Positions 20,311-30,934 are shown, counted from the stretch's first letter. The stretch is 64,000 nt of DNA from Smithellaceae bacterium (GCA_963667845.2 CAXXVL010000002.1:1888001-1952000); one strand, 5' to 3'. Notes: generated by a model not told the origin, from the letters alone. Program-made: numbers and translations.

Positions 20311-21321
20311 ATGTTAAGGCTGGAAGTGAACATCCTCAGGAAGAACAGCGGCATCGCCTTGATGGTCGTGCTCTGGGTCATGACACTCCTCATCGTCATT
20401 ACATTTTCTTTTGCGGTGATGGTCCGGACGGAAGTGTTTTCAACAACGACGTTCAAGGAACAGATGGAAAACAAGTATCTGGCGGAGGCAGGCATGCACA
20501 GGGGCATGCTGGAGATTTACTATCGAAACGCCTATAAGAATAATCAGCTGAAGCTGGATAATCCGGAAGTATACTCAACCGATGGTACATTTTATCACGG
20601 ACAAATGGAGGACGGGCAGTACCGGGTTGCCGTCATGGATGAAAGCGGTAAAATCGACATCAACCAGTTGAATGATACGACGGGTATTGTTCTGAATAAT
20701 TTGCTTGTGAATATGGGGATTGAAAAGAATCACGCCGATACGATAGTCGACTCGATTCTGGACTGGAAAGATGCAGATGATCTTCATCGGCTCAACGGTG
20801 CGGAGAGTGACTATTATATGAGCCTGCCCAATCCTTATAAAGCGAAAGACGCCAATTTTGACAATCTGGACGAACTCTTGCTGGTAAAAGGAGTAACGCG
20901 GGATATTCTTTACGGCGGGGCCGAAAAACCCGGTCTGATACAGTATCTGACGGTGTATTCCTCCGCAAGTCTGATCAATATCAATACAGCCCAGCCTGAG
21001 GTGCTCAAAGCCATACCTTTTTTAACGGATGATATGCTCCAGAGTATTATCAGTTACCGGAAGGCGGACAATACCAAGAAAGACGGTTCCGGTTTGCAAG
21101 CCATGCTACCGGCCGGCGATTATGCCAAGATTTCACCCTATGTAACGACTGCTGATTCGAATACCTATTCCATTGAAGCGATCGGCTATAAAACCGTGAT
21201 GACCGGAGGCTATTCACTCAAAGCGGTCGTGATGGTCGCAGGTGCCGATAGTTATAAAATACTTTATTATCAAAGCCCGGCGCATATAGAGACACCGAAA
21301 AATGATCGACTATCAAAATAA
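20311..21321 (+). CDS. gspK: T2SS minor pseudopilin GspK (start uncertain)
   Basis: GIALMVVLW (no Glu at +5), DESGKIDIN, DWKDAD, GAESDYY, ELLLVKG, ININTA. Confidence 0.9.
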   Translation: MLRLEVNILRKNSGIALMVVLWVMTLLIVITFSFAVMVRTEVFSTTTFKEQMENKYLAEAGMHRGMLEIYYRNAYKNNQLKLDNPEVYSTDGTFYHGQMEDGQYRVAVMDESGKIDINQLNDTTGIVLNNLLVNMGIEKNHADTIVDSILDWKDADDLHRLNGAESDYYMSLPNPYKAKDANFDNLDELLLVKGVTRDILYGGAEKPGLIQYLTVYSSASLININTAQPEVLKAIPFLTDDMLQSIISYRKADNTKKDGSGLQAMLPAGDYAKISPYVTTADSNTYSIEAIGYKTVMTGGYSLKAVVMVAGADSYKILYYQSPAHIETPKNDRLSK

Positions 21322-22642
21322 ACTCCAGAATGCCTATCGGGTAACTGAGAAATTCGGCAAGGTGCTATGGAAGTTCCTGTCATTGAGCCTAGCCGATCAT
21401 ATGTTTTCGTTTGCGAAAGTGGTATGCATCTCCGTCGAGTCCGCTGGTATTTATCTCGTTTACGGCGAGAAAGCGCTCTGGCGAACAATGATTCGGCATT
21501 ATAAATACTATCCGTTGGAGGAGAATCAATCGCCAAGCCCCGAGTATCTTGCTTCAGTTGTTTCCAGATTTGTCGCTGAATTCAATATATCGAGGACTGA
21601 TTTTGTCCTTTGCCTGCCCCGTGACTGGGCCATTGTTCAAAATGTCGAGTTCCCTTTAGCGGCCAAAGAAAACCTTTCCATGGTCATATCCTTTGAGCTG
21701 GACAGGCTCACGCCGCTTTCGAAGAATAATGCCTGCTATGATTACTATATACTTGGCGAAGATCTTCAAAGCATAAAAGTTATGCTCGTCGTTGCCAGGG
21801 CTGATCAGATCCAGGATTATCTGCAGGCGCTCCAATTGAAGGACATAAAAGTTAAAAGGACCGCCATCAGTTCTCTCCTGATTGACGAGCTGACCAGCTT
21901 AAGCCGTCAGCCGAGAGTCCTTATCGACACCGACGAAAAACAATACAATATATTTCGGGATAAACTAAGAAGCATTGAAGTCTCCCGGCTGGATAAAACG
22001 ATCGGGCTCGGTGCGCCTGTCCAGGAGAAAGAATTAACCCCCGCTGCCTTGGGTGGTATGTTTGATGCCCTTTGGCCAAATGAACAAAGCATCAACCTGC
22101 TTAGCAAAACTAATCATGTCCGGACTCGCACACCATTGTTTCTGACAATTGCATTGCTTGCGGTTATCCTGGCGATCTTCGCATTTTATTTCCTTATGCC
22201 GGTGTATTTCGAGCAACAAAAATTGAATGACATGGATCGGCATATTCAAGCGCTGAAGCCCGCAGTGAAAAAAATAGAAGTATTAAAAGGCGAAATTGCC
22301 GCGATCGCCTCAGACATTAAAGCCATTGATGATTTTAAAACTCAGAACGATTTGACGATGAATATTATCAAGGACATCACGACGATATTACCGCCAAAAA
22401 CCTGGCTGACGCGACTGAGGATAACAGATACCACGGCGGAGATGGAAGGGTACTCAGCGTCCGCTACGGAGATTATTCTGAAATTGGAAAATTCAAGATA
22501 CTTTCAAAAAGTGGAATTTGCATCGCCCACTTTTAGAGACTACAGGCAAAATAATGAGCGCTTTGTGATCAAGATGGAATTGAAAAATAATAAGATCAAG
22601 AAAGATCTGAAGGCAGAGGTAAAAAATGAAAAGAAAAAGTAA
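21302..22642 (+). CDS. gspL: T2SS GspL-like protein (actin-like cytoplasmic domain plus PilN domain)
   Basis: FPLAAKENL, FELDRLTP, INLL, one TM helix, PilN-type C-terminus (MEGYS, LENSRYF). Confidence 0.75.
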   Translation: MIDYQNKLQNAYRVTEKFGKVLWKFLSLSLADHMFSFAKVVCISVESAGIYLVYGEKALWRTMIRHYKYYPLEENQSPSPEYLASVVSRFVAEFNISRTDFVLCLPRDWAIVQNVEFPLAAKENLSMVISFELDRLTPLSKNNACYDYYILGEDLQSIKVMLVVARADQIQDYLQALQLKDIKVKRTAISSLLIDELTSLSRQPRVLIDTDEKQYNIFRDKLRSIEVSRLDKTIGLGAPVQEKELTPAALGGMFDALWPNEQSINLLSKTNHVRTRTPLFLTIALLAVILAIFAFYFLMPVYFEQQKLNDMDRHIQALKPAVKKIEVLKGEIAAIASDIKAIDDFKTQNDLTMNIIKDITTILPPKTWLTRLRITDTTAEMEGYSASATEIILKLENSRYFQKVEFASPTFRDYRQNNERFVIKMELKNNKIKKDLKAEVKNEKKK

Positions 22643-23177
22643 ACTGCTGATTTTGTCAATTCCCGTTATCATCGTCATGGCTGTTTTTCTTATTTACGAA
22701 TATGGCGTGGTCAACATCTATCGGCAGGCCGAGGCCCTGAGGGAAGACCATGATGTCAAGATGAAAATGCTGGAGAAATATGCCGCTTTGATCGCGCAGA
22801 AAGAATCGCTGCAGAAACAGATGGCTGAACTGCGACAGACCAGAAAAAATGAGGAAACCAAAATGATGGCGGGGCAGACCACTGCCATTGCTTCAGCCAA
22901 TTTGCAGAATGCCGTTAAGGGAATCATAACGGCGCGGAATGGGATCATCAACAGCGAAAGAGTGGAACAAACCGCAGAGGAAGGCAAGTTTAAGCTTATC
23001 AGTGTTTCAACTGACGCTGTATTTCCGGATATCAGAGCGCTTTCGGACACTCTGGCGTCCATTGAAACGCAGATCCCTTACCTGGTTGTCAAAGAAGTTG
23101 ATGTGCGCGTGCGCAATTACGCTGATCCGAAGGATCTGATGGTGAAACTCAAAGTCGCGGCACTGGCGGGTCCATAA
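22626..23177 (+). CDS. gspM: T2SS GspM-like protein
   Basis: N-terminal TM helix, coiled coil, then a ferredoxin-like domain; follows gspL. Confidence 0.65.
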   Translation: MKRKSKLLILSIPVIIVMAVFLIYEYGVVNIYRQAEALREDHDVKMKMLEKYAALIAQKESLQKQMAELRQTRKNEETKMMAGQTTAIASANLQNAVKGIITARNGIINSERVEQTAEEGKFKLISVSTDAVFPDIRALSDTLASIETQIPYLVVKEVDVRVRNYADPKDLMVKLKVAALAGP

Positions 23178-23180
23178 GTC

Positions 23181-24041
23181 ATGAATAAAGTTCACTACGC
23201 TTTAAGGAATATCAATGTTTTGAATTTGCTGCTTTTGGTCCTGGCGGTGGCGTTGTTTTTTACAATGGCATATCCTCTGCTGAGCACAGACGTAAAAACA
23301 AATATTCCGCGGGTAAAAGCGGCGGCAATAAAGAAAGAAGGAAATGCTCGATCTGAAAATTTGCCTAATATTTTAGATAATTTTGTTTTAAATGAAAATA
23401 CCTTCTTTCATCCGTTCTCAATTGCTGACCGCACCGTAAATGTCCCGGAGACGAAAACGGAGTCGGTACAAAAACAGGAGAATATTGCCGATGTCAATAT
23501 ACCGGCGGCGTTGGATTATGCCATTGTGACTGAAAAGAACCTGTTTCACCCTGAAAGGAAAATGCCTCCGGAGAAGAAAGATGAACAGATCGTTGTCAGA
23601 CCGGATCTAATATTTTACGGTTCGGTCATAACCGGCGAGAAGAAAATTGCCTACATTGAAGACAAGAAGAATCCTTATTCAACGCCCGGACGGGGAAAAA
23701 GACAGGTGCCGTTTGTTGAGGGCTCGATGATCGGCGGGTATATCCTCAAGGAAGTGAATCCCGAATTCATTGTTCTGGTGCGGGGCCAGGACAAAATGGT
23801 CGTTAATCTGCGCGATCAAAAAGACAGAAAGACGGCTGAAACGACAGCGACGGGACTTCGGTCGACAGCGGCAACAACAAAACCCCAAACACCCACAGGA
23901 CCGCAAATATCTGCCGGACAGGCGTCCGGTCCAATGCCGGGATTACAGCCGGACAAGCCAGCGACTACCCGCTCCCGACGTCCATCATATCCGCCAAAAC
24001 AAATCATTATTAACAATAAAGACATGAATCCGGTAAAATAA
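23181..24041 (+). CDS. GspC/XpsN-like bitopic protein with Pro-rich tail
   Basis: N-terminal TM helix; KNLFHPER, LIFYGSVI..KIAYI, GSMIGGYILKEV HR-domain-like pattern; last gene of the T2SS cluster. Confidence 0.55.
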   Translation: MNKVHYALRNINVLNLLLLVLAVALFFTMAYPLLSTDVKTNIPRVKAAAIKKEGNARSENLPNILDNFVLNENTFFHPFSIADRTVNVPETKTESVQKQENIADVNIPAALDYAIVTEKNLFHPERKMPPEKKDEQIVVRPDLIFYGSVITGEKKIAYIEDKKNPYSTPGRGKRQVPFVEGSMIGGYILKEVNPEFIVLVRGQDKMVVNLRDQKDRKTAETTATGLRSTAATTKPQTPTGPQISAGQASGPMPGLQPDKPATTRSRRPSYPPKQIIINNKDMNPVK

Positions 24042-24051
24042 TATATCGTCT

Positions 24052-24078
24052 GTCGCAAAATAAGCGACTATTTTGCGA
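24052..24078 (+). terminator. Hairpin ending the T2SS cluster
   Basis: GTCGC-AAAATAA-GCGAC followed by TATTTT; an alternative 10-bp stem TCGCAAAATA/TATTTTGCGA overlaps it. Confidence 0.5.
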
Positions 24079-24273
24079 ACGTCCGTTCTATCTATCTGCA
24101 ATCATTAATTTTAATAACATACCCGTCAACGCAAAACTAAGACATCACAATGTGAATCAATGTGTTCTTTTTATCATTTTCCTCCCCCGACGTAAAAAAC
24201 TTTTAGATTAATCTTTAATGATAATCATATGTTGTCATTAATCGCCGGTTCCCGGCGCCATCATAGCTTAAGC

Positions 24274-24290
24274 CTACCATTTGCCTACCA
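24274..24290 (+). promoter_or_regulatory. 11-bp-period direct repeat (candidate OmpR/PhoB-type operator) upstream of cusB
   Basis: CTACCA-TTTGC-CTACCA; related motifs at 57305, 61209 and 61354. Confidence 0.5.
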
Positions 24291-24599
24291 TTTAACCATC
24301 ATTGTCTTACCCGAACAAATCCCTTATTAATATTTATCGCTGAAACGTTACATTGCAAGGTGAAGAAGTATTGTCGGCGAAAGAAACAAGAAAATAGGCG
24401 CAGCATTACCAAATGCTTGATATTTATAAGTTTACCTGGTGGGGTAACGCGTCGCCCCAGGGGAAGATTCCTTAAAATATATGGGATGTCTTGAAGAATA
24501 ATTGGGCAGCTTTGAGCGGAATCATCTCCTGCTCGCGAGAATTCATGAACGATCCAGGATACAGGTCCTGGAGAACAACATTACTTGCGGTGATGGACA

Positions 24600-26708
24600 T
24601 TGAAAACCAGCTTTCGAATAGCATTGCTTTTATTGGTGGTGGTGAGCGCATTTCTTGCCGGTTCATGGATTACCCATTGGGGAAGCAAACATCCGCAGAC
24701 AGCGGACCGCAAGATTCTCTATTATGTCGATCCGATGAATCCGGCCTTCAAATCCGAAAAACCGGGCATAGCACCCTGCGGCATGGCGCTGGAACCCGTC
24801 TATGCCGGAAGTGAAGGCGGGCCGGCTCTTCCGGGCCAACTGCGGCCAGGGACGATTCGCGTCAACCTGGAAAAGCAGCAACTGATCGGTATTAAAGTTG
24901 CGGTCGTGGAAAAAGCTCCCTGGAGTCATACGCTCCGGGTTTTGGGACGCGTCATTCCCGACGAGACGCGCGTTTACCGGATCAACGCCGCCGTCAACGG
25001 TTCGATTGAAGATGTTCTGCCCGTGACAACCGGCGCGCAGATAACAAAAAATCAATTGCTGGCCACGTTCTATTCGCCGGAAACTCGTTCCCTGGTGCAG
25101 ACTTATTTCAACATCACTGCTTCAGGCAAGACAAATAGTCAGGGGAGTAAACAGGCGGAGAAAGTAGATCCATACAGCACAGCCCGTCTGAAACAGGCAA
25201 GAGAAGCGACAAGGAACCTGGGGCTAAGCGCGGAACGTGATCAGGTCAATTATTATCGAATGAGTCTCTTCAACCTGGGAATGACTGAATACCAGCTGGA
25301 TGAAATTGACAGAACGCGGAATATTCCCGATGTTCTGGATATCAGGGCTCCGATTTCAGGTTTTATTCTTTCGCGGAATGTATCACCCGGCCTGCGCTTC
25401 GACAGAGGGGCGGAGTTTTTTCGGATTGCCGATCTTTCTCGCGTCTGGATTCTGGCCGACGTTTTCGAAAATGAAGCGACTTTCTTCCAGCCCGGTCGGC
25501 GCGTGAAAATGGAGCTCCCTTATCAGAAAAAGACCCTGTATGCGCAGATGAGCAACGTCTTGCCCCTGTTTGATCCGGGAACAAGGACCCTCAAGTTACG
25601 ACTGGAAGCGAATAATCCGGGCTACGCGTTGCGTCCCGACATGTTTGTCAATGTGGAGATCCCGGTGAGCGGGCCGCCGGCAATTATCATTCCCACGGAC
25701 GCGGTTATCGATTCAGGGTTGAAAAAGACCGTGTTTATCGACCGGGGGAAGGGCTATTTTGAGCCCAGGCAGGTGGAAACGGGGCGCTCGCTCGGTGAAC
25801 GTGTGGAAATTACCCGGGGCCTGATGCCCGGAGAAAAGATCGTTGTGTCGGGGAATTTCCTGATCGATTCCGAGTCCAGAATGAAGCAGGCCGCCGTCGG
25901 GATCAACGGCAAGGCGGGACGCGACAGTGTTTGCGGCATGAATATCGACGAAGACCGGTCCAGGGCCGCGGGCTTCAGCAAAGAATATCAGGGCAAGACG
26001 TACTTCTTCTGCTCAAATGAGTGCCGTGATGAGTTCGGCAAAACGCCCGGGCGGTATGCTGAAGCGGCCGGTGTGAAAGGAACCATGCCGCCTGCCGGGG
26101 TGAAAGCAAACTCAGGCATGGATCATTCGGCGCACGGCTCGAAAAGTGAAGACCGGCCGTCAAGTCATGCTGCCCGGCATGATCACGACGGAATGAAGCA
26201 TCCCGCGTCGGCCGAATCGCCGGTCCCGGCTGCTGAAACATCACCCATGCGTATGGAAAGAAAGCACACGGGAAAGACCAACAGCGTGAACAAAGCCGTG
26301 CCCGATCAGCCGCCGCAGGCTCCTGCAAGTTCCGCCATAACGCCGGTAAGCCCGGTAAAGCCGGGTATGCCATCCATGTCGCCGTCTTCACCGCAAAGCG
26401 CGCCATCCGGGTCTCTCGGCGGGCCGCTGCAAAAACCGCCGGTCGGCCAGGGGAGCAGTGATTTCAGACCACAACCTCCCGGAAATCCAACGCTGAGCGC
26501 GCCCCGCGGAGAAAACCTGGACAGTGCAACAAAACTTCGCAACCAGAGGATAATGAGGCGGCAACCTCCCGGCATGATTACGCCTGCCGTTCCCGGAGAT
26601 TCCATCCTGCCCGCGTCCGAAAAAAACCGCGGCACTTCCCCCGACGGAAAGACAGTTCAGATGGAGCAGCGCATGAAGACAACCGACGACGGGCAAAATC
26701 ATGATTAA
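24600..26708 (+). CDS. cusB: CusB-like RND periplasmic adaptor with N-terminal metal-binding motif, YHS domain and His/Pro-rich tail
   Basis: YYVDPMNP..PGIAPCGMALEP, IADLSRVW, LRPDMFV, SGNFLIDSES, DSVCGM..YFFCSNEC (YHS). Confidence 0.85.
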   Translation: MKTSFRIALLLLVVVSAFLAGSWITHWGSKHPQTADRKILYYVDPMNPAFKSEKPGIAPCGMALEPVYAGSEGGPALPGQLRPGTIRVNLEKQQLIGIKVAVVEKAPWSHTLRVLGRVIPDETRVYRINAAVNGSIEDVLPVTTGAQITKNQLLATFYSPETRSLVQTYFNITASGKTNSQGSKQAEKVDPYSTARLKQAREATRNLGLSAERDQVNYYRMSLFNLGMTEYQLDEIDRTRNIPDVLDIRAPISGFILSRNVSPGLRFDRGAEFFRIADLSRVWILADVFENEATFFQPGRRVKMELPYQKKTLYAQMSNVLPLFDPGTRTLKLRLEANNPGYALRPDMFVNVEIPVSGPPAIIIPTDAVIDSGLKKTVFIDRGKGYFEPRQVETGRSLGERVEITRGLMPGEKIVVSGNFLIDSESRMKQAAVGINGKAGRDSVCGMNIDEDRSRAAGFSKEYQGKTYFFCSNECRDEFGKTPGRYAEAAGVKGTMPPAGVKANSGMDHSAHGSKSEDRPSSHAARHDHDGMKHPASAESPVPAAETSPMRMERKHTGKTNSVNKAVPDQPPQAPASSAITPVSPVKPGMPSMSPSSPQSAPSGSLGGPLQKPPVGQGSSDFRPQPPGNPTLSAPRGENLDSATKLRNQRIMRRQPPGMITPAVPGDSILPASEKNRGTSPDGKTVQMEQRMKTTDDGQNHD

Positions 26709-29700
26709 TCGGATCATTGACTTTTCGGCCCACAACAAATTGATCATTTTTATGATCATAGCCGCCATGGCACTTGCGGGCTGGTGGTCCATGAAACACC
26801 TGCCTCTCGATGCCATTCCGGATTTGTCGGAGACCCAGGTCATTATCTATTCCCGCTGGGACCGCAGTCCGGATATTGTGGAGGATCAGGTAACCTATCC
26901 CATCGTCACATCCATGCTGGGCGCACCCGGTGTTAAAACCGTGCGCGGATTTTCCGATTTCGGCTATTCGTTCGTTTACGTCATATTTGATGAAGGAACA
27001 GACCTATACTGGGCCCGGGCGCGAACGCAGGAGTATCTCGCAACGGCTCTGCAGCGGCTCCCCCAGGGGGTGCAGACCGAGTTGGGACCCGATGCCACAG
27101 GGCTGGGCTGGGCATTCCAGTATGTGCTTGTGGATTCTTCGGGAAAGCACAGCCTGGCGGATCTGCGTTCCTATCAGGATTGGACGCTGCGTTATTATCT
27201 CAAATCCGTCCAGGGTGTGGCGGAAGTGGCCGCCGTCGGCGGTTTCCGCAGGCAGTACCAGGTAAACCTCGATCCGAACCGTCTGCAATTTTATAATATT
27301 CCGGTCAACCGGGTGGTGGAGGCGGTCCGCGGCAACAACAATGATGCCGCAGGAAGGCTCATCGAATTCGGCGGGACGGAGTACATGGTCAGGGGCCGGG
27401 GCTATGCCCGGTCTGTTCAGGATTTTGGAAATATCGTGTTGTCCACAAGCGAGGGTGGTTCACCGATCCGCATCCGGGATGTGGGCGAGGTTTCCCTGGG
27501 GCCAGATCTCAGGCGCGGCATTGCCGATCTCAACGGGGAAGGGGATGCCGTTTCCGGTATCGTGGTCATGCGCCAGGGACAAAACGCCCTGGATGTGATC
27601 GAACGGGTCAAGAAGAAGATCCGGGAGATCGAACCGGGACTGCCGCCGGGCGTCAAAATTGTTCCCGTGTACGACCGGTCGGAGCTCATTAACCGGGCCA
27701 TCAGCAATCTGAAATCGACCCTGGTTGAGGTCATGATCACGGTGTCCCTGGTGGTTCTCCTGTTTCTCTGGCATATCCCGAGCGCTATTATTCCGATCAT
27801 CACCATTCCCGTCGCCATCCTTATTTCGTTTATTCCCTTCAGACTTCTGGGTGTCACGGCAAATATCATGTCGCTGGGGGGGATTGCTATTGCCATCGGC
27901 GCCATGGTTGATGCGGCGATTGTTGTTGTGGAGCAGACGCACAAGAAACTGGAGCTCTGGGACAGGGAGGGACGGAAAAGAGATTACCAGGACGTCATCA
28001 TCACGGCCGTCAAGGAAGTGGGAGGCACCAGTTTCTTTGCGCTCCTCATCATTGCCGTGTCTTTCCTTCCCGTTTTCGCGCTATCCGCGCAGGAAGGGCG
28101 TCTTTTTAAACCGCTGGCGTACACCAAGACACTCTCCATGATTGTCGCCGCCTTTCTGGCCATCACGCTGGATCCGGCGTTGAGGCTTTTTTTCACTCAC
28201 ATGAAGAGCTTCGATTTCCGTCCCCGCTGGATGTGCCGGGTCGCCAACACCGTGGCGGTTGGAAAAATCCATTCGGAGTCGGGCCACTTCATCAGCGGCT
28301 TCCTCATCCGTATTTACGAACCGGCCGTCAGCTGGTCGCTGCGCTGGAAGTGGCTGGTCATCGGTGTCGCGGTTGCCCTGGTGCTCGTGACCATACCTGT
28401 TTTCTCGAAGCTCGGCTCAGAGTTCATGCCTCCCCTGGATGAAGGCGCTCTCTTCTATATGCCCACGACGATGCCGGGGATTTCCGTTACCCAGGCGCAG
28501 AACCTGCTTCAGACCACCGACCGGATCATTAAACGCTTTCCGGAAGTAGATACAGTTCTGGGGAAGGCGGGCCGCGCCGAGACGTCAACCGATCCGGCGC
28601 CGTTTTCCATGCTGGAAACATTGATTACCCTCAAACCGAAAAGCCAATGGCGGAGAGTGGACACCTTTTATTCCGACTGGGCTCCGGAGTGGCTCAAACC
28701 CCTCTTGCGCCCGCTCTCGCCCGATACGCTTACGACGGCGCAACTGGTGAGTGAAATGAACGATGCCCTGACACTGCCCGGATTATCCAATGCGTGGACC
28801 ATGCCGATCAAGGGGCGGATTGATATGCTCACAACGGGTATCCGCACACCGGTTGGTCTTAAGATTTCGGGCGCCGACCTGGTGCAGATCGAGCAGATTG
28901 GTTCTCAGGTGGAATCAATCCTGCGGCAGGTGAAGGGGACCAGGAGTGTTTTTGCCGAACGGACCGGCGGAGGCTACTTTTTCGATATCGACTGGAACCG
29001 CGATGAACTGGCCCGCTACGGCCTCTCCATTGATCAGGCCCAGCAGGTCATCGCCAATGCCATCGGCGGGGAAAATATTGCCACCGCCATTTCCGGGCGG
29101 GAAAGATATCCGGTCAATGTGCGCTACATGCGTGATTTTCGCAGTAACCCTGAAGCTGTCGGCCGTATCCTGGTTCCGGTGGAAGACGGGAAGAAACAGA
29201 TTGCGCTTTCGCAGCTGGCAGAGATCAGCGTGGCGAGCGGGCCGGCCATGATCCGCGACGAGGATGGACTGCTGACCGGCTATGTCTTTGTCGATATTGC
29301 CGGCCAGGATCCGGGAAGTTATATTGATGAAGCGGACAAACTGCTCAGGACAAAAATAGAATTACCCGGCGGTTATGCCGTCACCTGGAGCGGCCAGTTC
29401 GAAGCAATGCAGCGGGTCCGGGAGCATCTTTATGTGGTTATCCCGCTGACCATTCTGCTCATCATCCTGCTTTTGTATCTGAACACAAGATCGCTCACGA
29501 AGACGGCCATTGTCCTTCTGGCTGTGCCGTTCTCGGCGGTCGGCGCCATCTGGTTTATTCATTTCCTTGGTTACAATATGAGCATCGGTGTCTGGGTAGG
29601 ACTCATCGCCCTGTTGGGCGTTGACGCCGAAATGGGGGTCTTCATGCTGCTTTACCTGGATCTGGCCTGCGCTGAAGCGAGGCAGCAGAATCGATTGAAC

Positions 29701-29970
29701 ACGCATGCCGACCTCCGGGCGGCCGTCATCTCGGGGGCTGCCAGACGCATCCGGCCCAAGTTTATGACCGTGGCCACGATGTTTTTGGGTCTTGTCCCCA
29801 TCATGTGGGCCAGCGGAACGGGCGCCGATGTCATGAAGCACATTGCCGCGCCGATGGTGGGAGGGATATTCACATCGTTTCTGATGGAGCTGATGGTTTA
29901 CCCTGCCGTCTATGAAATCTGGAAATGGAATTTTGAGATCAAAAAACAACAAGCTGCCGGGACAACATGA
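26701..29970 (+). CDS. cusA: CusA-type Cu(I)/Ag(I) heavy-metal RND efflux pump
   Basis: LDAIPDLSETQV, AIGAMVDAAIVVVE, Met triad contexts (FYMPTT, PFSMLET, RIDMLTTG), RIRPKFMT. Confidence 0.93.
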   Translation: MINRIIDFSAHNKLIIFMIIAAMALAGWWSMKHLPLDAIPDLSETQVIIYSRWDRSPDIVEDQVTYPIVTSMLGAPGVKTVRGFSDFGYSFVYVIFDEGTDLYWARARTQEYLATALQRLPQGVQTELGPDATGLGWAFQYVLVDSSGKHSLADLRSYQDWTLRYYLKSVQGVAEVAAVGGFRRQYQVNLDPNRLQFYNIPVNRVVEAVRGNNNDAAGRLIEFGGTEYMVRGRGYARSVQDFGNIVLSTSEGGSPIRIRDVGEVSLGPDLRRGIADLNGEGDAVSGIVVMRQGQNALDVIERVKKKIREIEPGLPPGVKIVPVYDRSELINRAISNLKSTLVEVMITVSLVVLLFLWHIPSAIIPIITIPVAILISFIPFRLLGVTANIMSLGGIAIAIGAMVDAAIVVVEQTHKKLELWDREGRKRDYQDVIITAVKEVGGTSFFALLIIAVSFLPVFALSAQEGRLFKPLAYTKTLSMIVAAFLAITLDPALRLFFTHMKSFDFRPRWMCRVANTVAVGKIHSESGHFISGFLIRIYEPAVSWSLRWKWLVIGVAVALVLVTIPVFSKLGSEFMPPLDEGALFYMPTTMPGISVTQAQNLLQTTDRIIKRFPEVDTVLGKAGRAETSTDPAPFSMLETLITLKPKSQWRRVDTFYSDWAPEWLKPLLRPLSPDTLTTAQLVSEMNDALTLPGLSNAWTMPIKGRIDMLTTGIRTPVGLKISGADLVQIEQIGSQVESILRQVKGTRSVFAERTGGGYFFDIDWNRDELARYGLSIDQAQQVIANAIGGENIATAISGRERYPVNVRYMRDFRSNPEAVGRILVPVEDGKKQIALSQLAEISVASGPAMIRDEDGLLTGYVFVDIAGQDPGSYIDEADKLLRTKIELPGGYAVTWSGQFEAMQRVREHLYVVIPLTILLIILLLYLNTRSLTKTAIVLLAVPFSAVGAIWFIHFLGYNMSIGVWVGLIALLGVDAEMGVFMLLYLDLACAEARQQNRLNTHADLRAAVISGAARRIRPKFMTVATMFLGLVPIMWASGTGADVMKHIAAPMVGGIFTSFLMELMVYPAVYEIWKWNFEIKKQQAAGTT

Positions 29971-30506
29971 AAAATTGCAAACCACAAATAGAAAATCTGC
30001 GTGACAAAACAGCCGGACGGATCACCCTGGCACTGGTGGTGCTGCTGCTGACTCTGCCGGCCTTGCCGTGCACCGCCGGCGCCACGCTGCGCATCGGTGA
30101 TCTGTTGCCGCCGCTGACGCTTTCCTCGGTTGATGGAACTGTTATCCGAATTCCTGAAAGCCTCAGCGGCAAAGTTGTGATTCTCCATTTCTGGCAGATC
30201 GGTTGTTCATCCTGCCGTCTGGAGATGCCGGCGATGGATCATCTTTACAGCGCGTACCGGAAGAAAGGGTTGGAAATTTTAGCGATCAATGTCGGACAGA
30301 AAAGAGATGCCGTGAAGTCCTTTGCCTCCGATCTGAAAGTGTCCTTTCCGATCCTGGTCGATGCGGACTCAAAGAGTGCCGCCTTATATGGCGTGACGGA
30401 TGTGCCCAGAACTTATGTGATAGACCGCAGCGGTGTGATCCGGTATCGGATGCTCGGTGGTGCCGCTCCGGAAATATTGAAGAAGCTGGTCCTCAGTCTT
30501 CTATAG
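29967..30506 (+). CDS. TlpA/ResA-like thiol-disulfide oxidoreductase
   Basis: Signal peptide; LHFWQIGCSSCRLEMP; YGVTDVPRTYVID. Confidence 0.85.
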   Translation: MKNCKPQIENLRDKTAGRITLALVVLLLTLPALPCTAGATLRIGDLLPPLTLSSVDGTVIRIPESLSGKVVILHFWQIGCSSCRLEMPAMDHLYSAYRKKGLEILAINVGQKRDAVKSFASDLKVSFPILVDADSKSAALYGVTDVPRTYVIDRSGVIRYRMLGGAAPEILKKLVLSLL

Positions 30507-30607
30507 ATGGATGGATATGGGGGGCAGGCGGCGGAGTTCAGTTGGCGGTGTCGTCAACGAGGGGTTCGGATAGACAGAAAAAACCATCAAGTTAAGGAGG
30601 TATCAAG

Positions 30608-30934
30608 ATGAAAAAAATGTTTGCTATGTTTATTCTGGTTTTATTTATGGTGCCGACTGTCAGCTTTGCTGACGGCGCGGGGGATTATCAAGCTAGATGC
30701 GCAGTCTGCCATGGGGTGAAAGGCAATTTGGTTCCCAGAACGGCCGAACGCTTGAAAGTAGACGCCAAAAAGCTTTCCCTTAAGTCCAGTACATTGAACA
30801 GAGAGGCGATGATTGCCATGACGGAAAAGGGCAAGGATAAAATGCCCTCCTTTGAGAAAGTTCTGACAAAGGAACAGATCACCGCCATTATTGATTATGT
30901 GCAGTCTTTAAAGAAAGCAGCGCCGAAAAAATAG
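30608..30934 (+). CDS. Monoheme class I cytochrome c
   Basis: RBS AAGGAGG; signal peptide; CAVCH; distal Met in KMPSF. Confidence 0.85.
   Translation: MKKMFAMFILVLFMVPTVSFADGAGDYQARCAVCHGVKGNLVPRTAERLKVDAKKLSLKSSTLNREAMIAMTEKGKDKMPSFEKVLTKEQITAIIDYVQSLKKAAPKK

Noticed and set aside
24253..24268. Sigma54 promoter (GG-N10-GC) upstream of cusB
   Set aside because: CGGCGC..TAGC is a weak match to TGGCAC..TTGC; TGGCAC sites near 31089 and 61220 lack a correctly spaced GC
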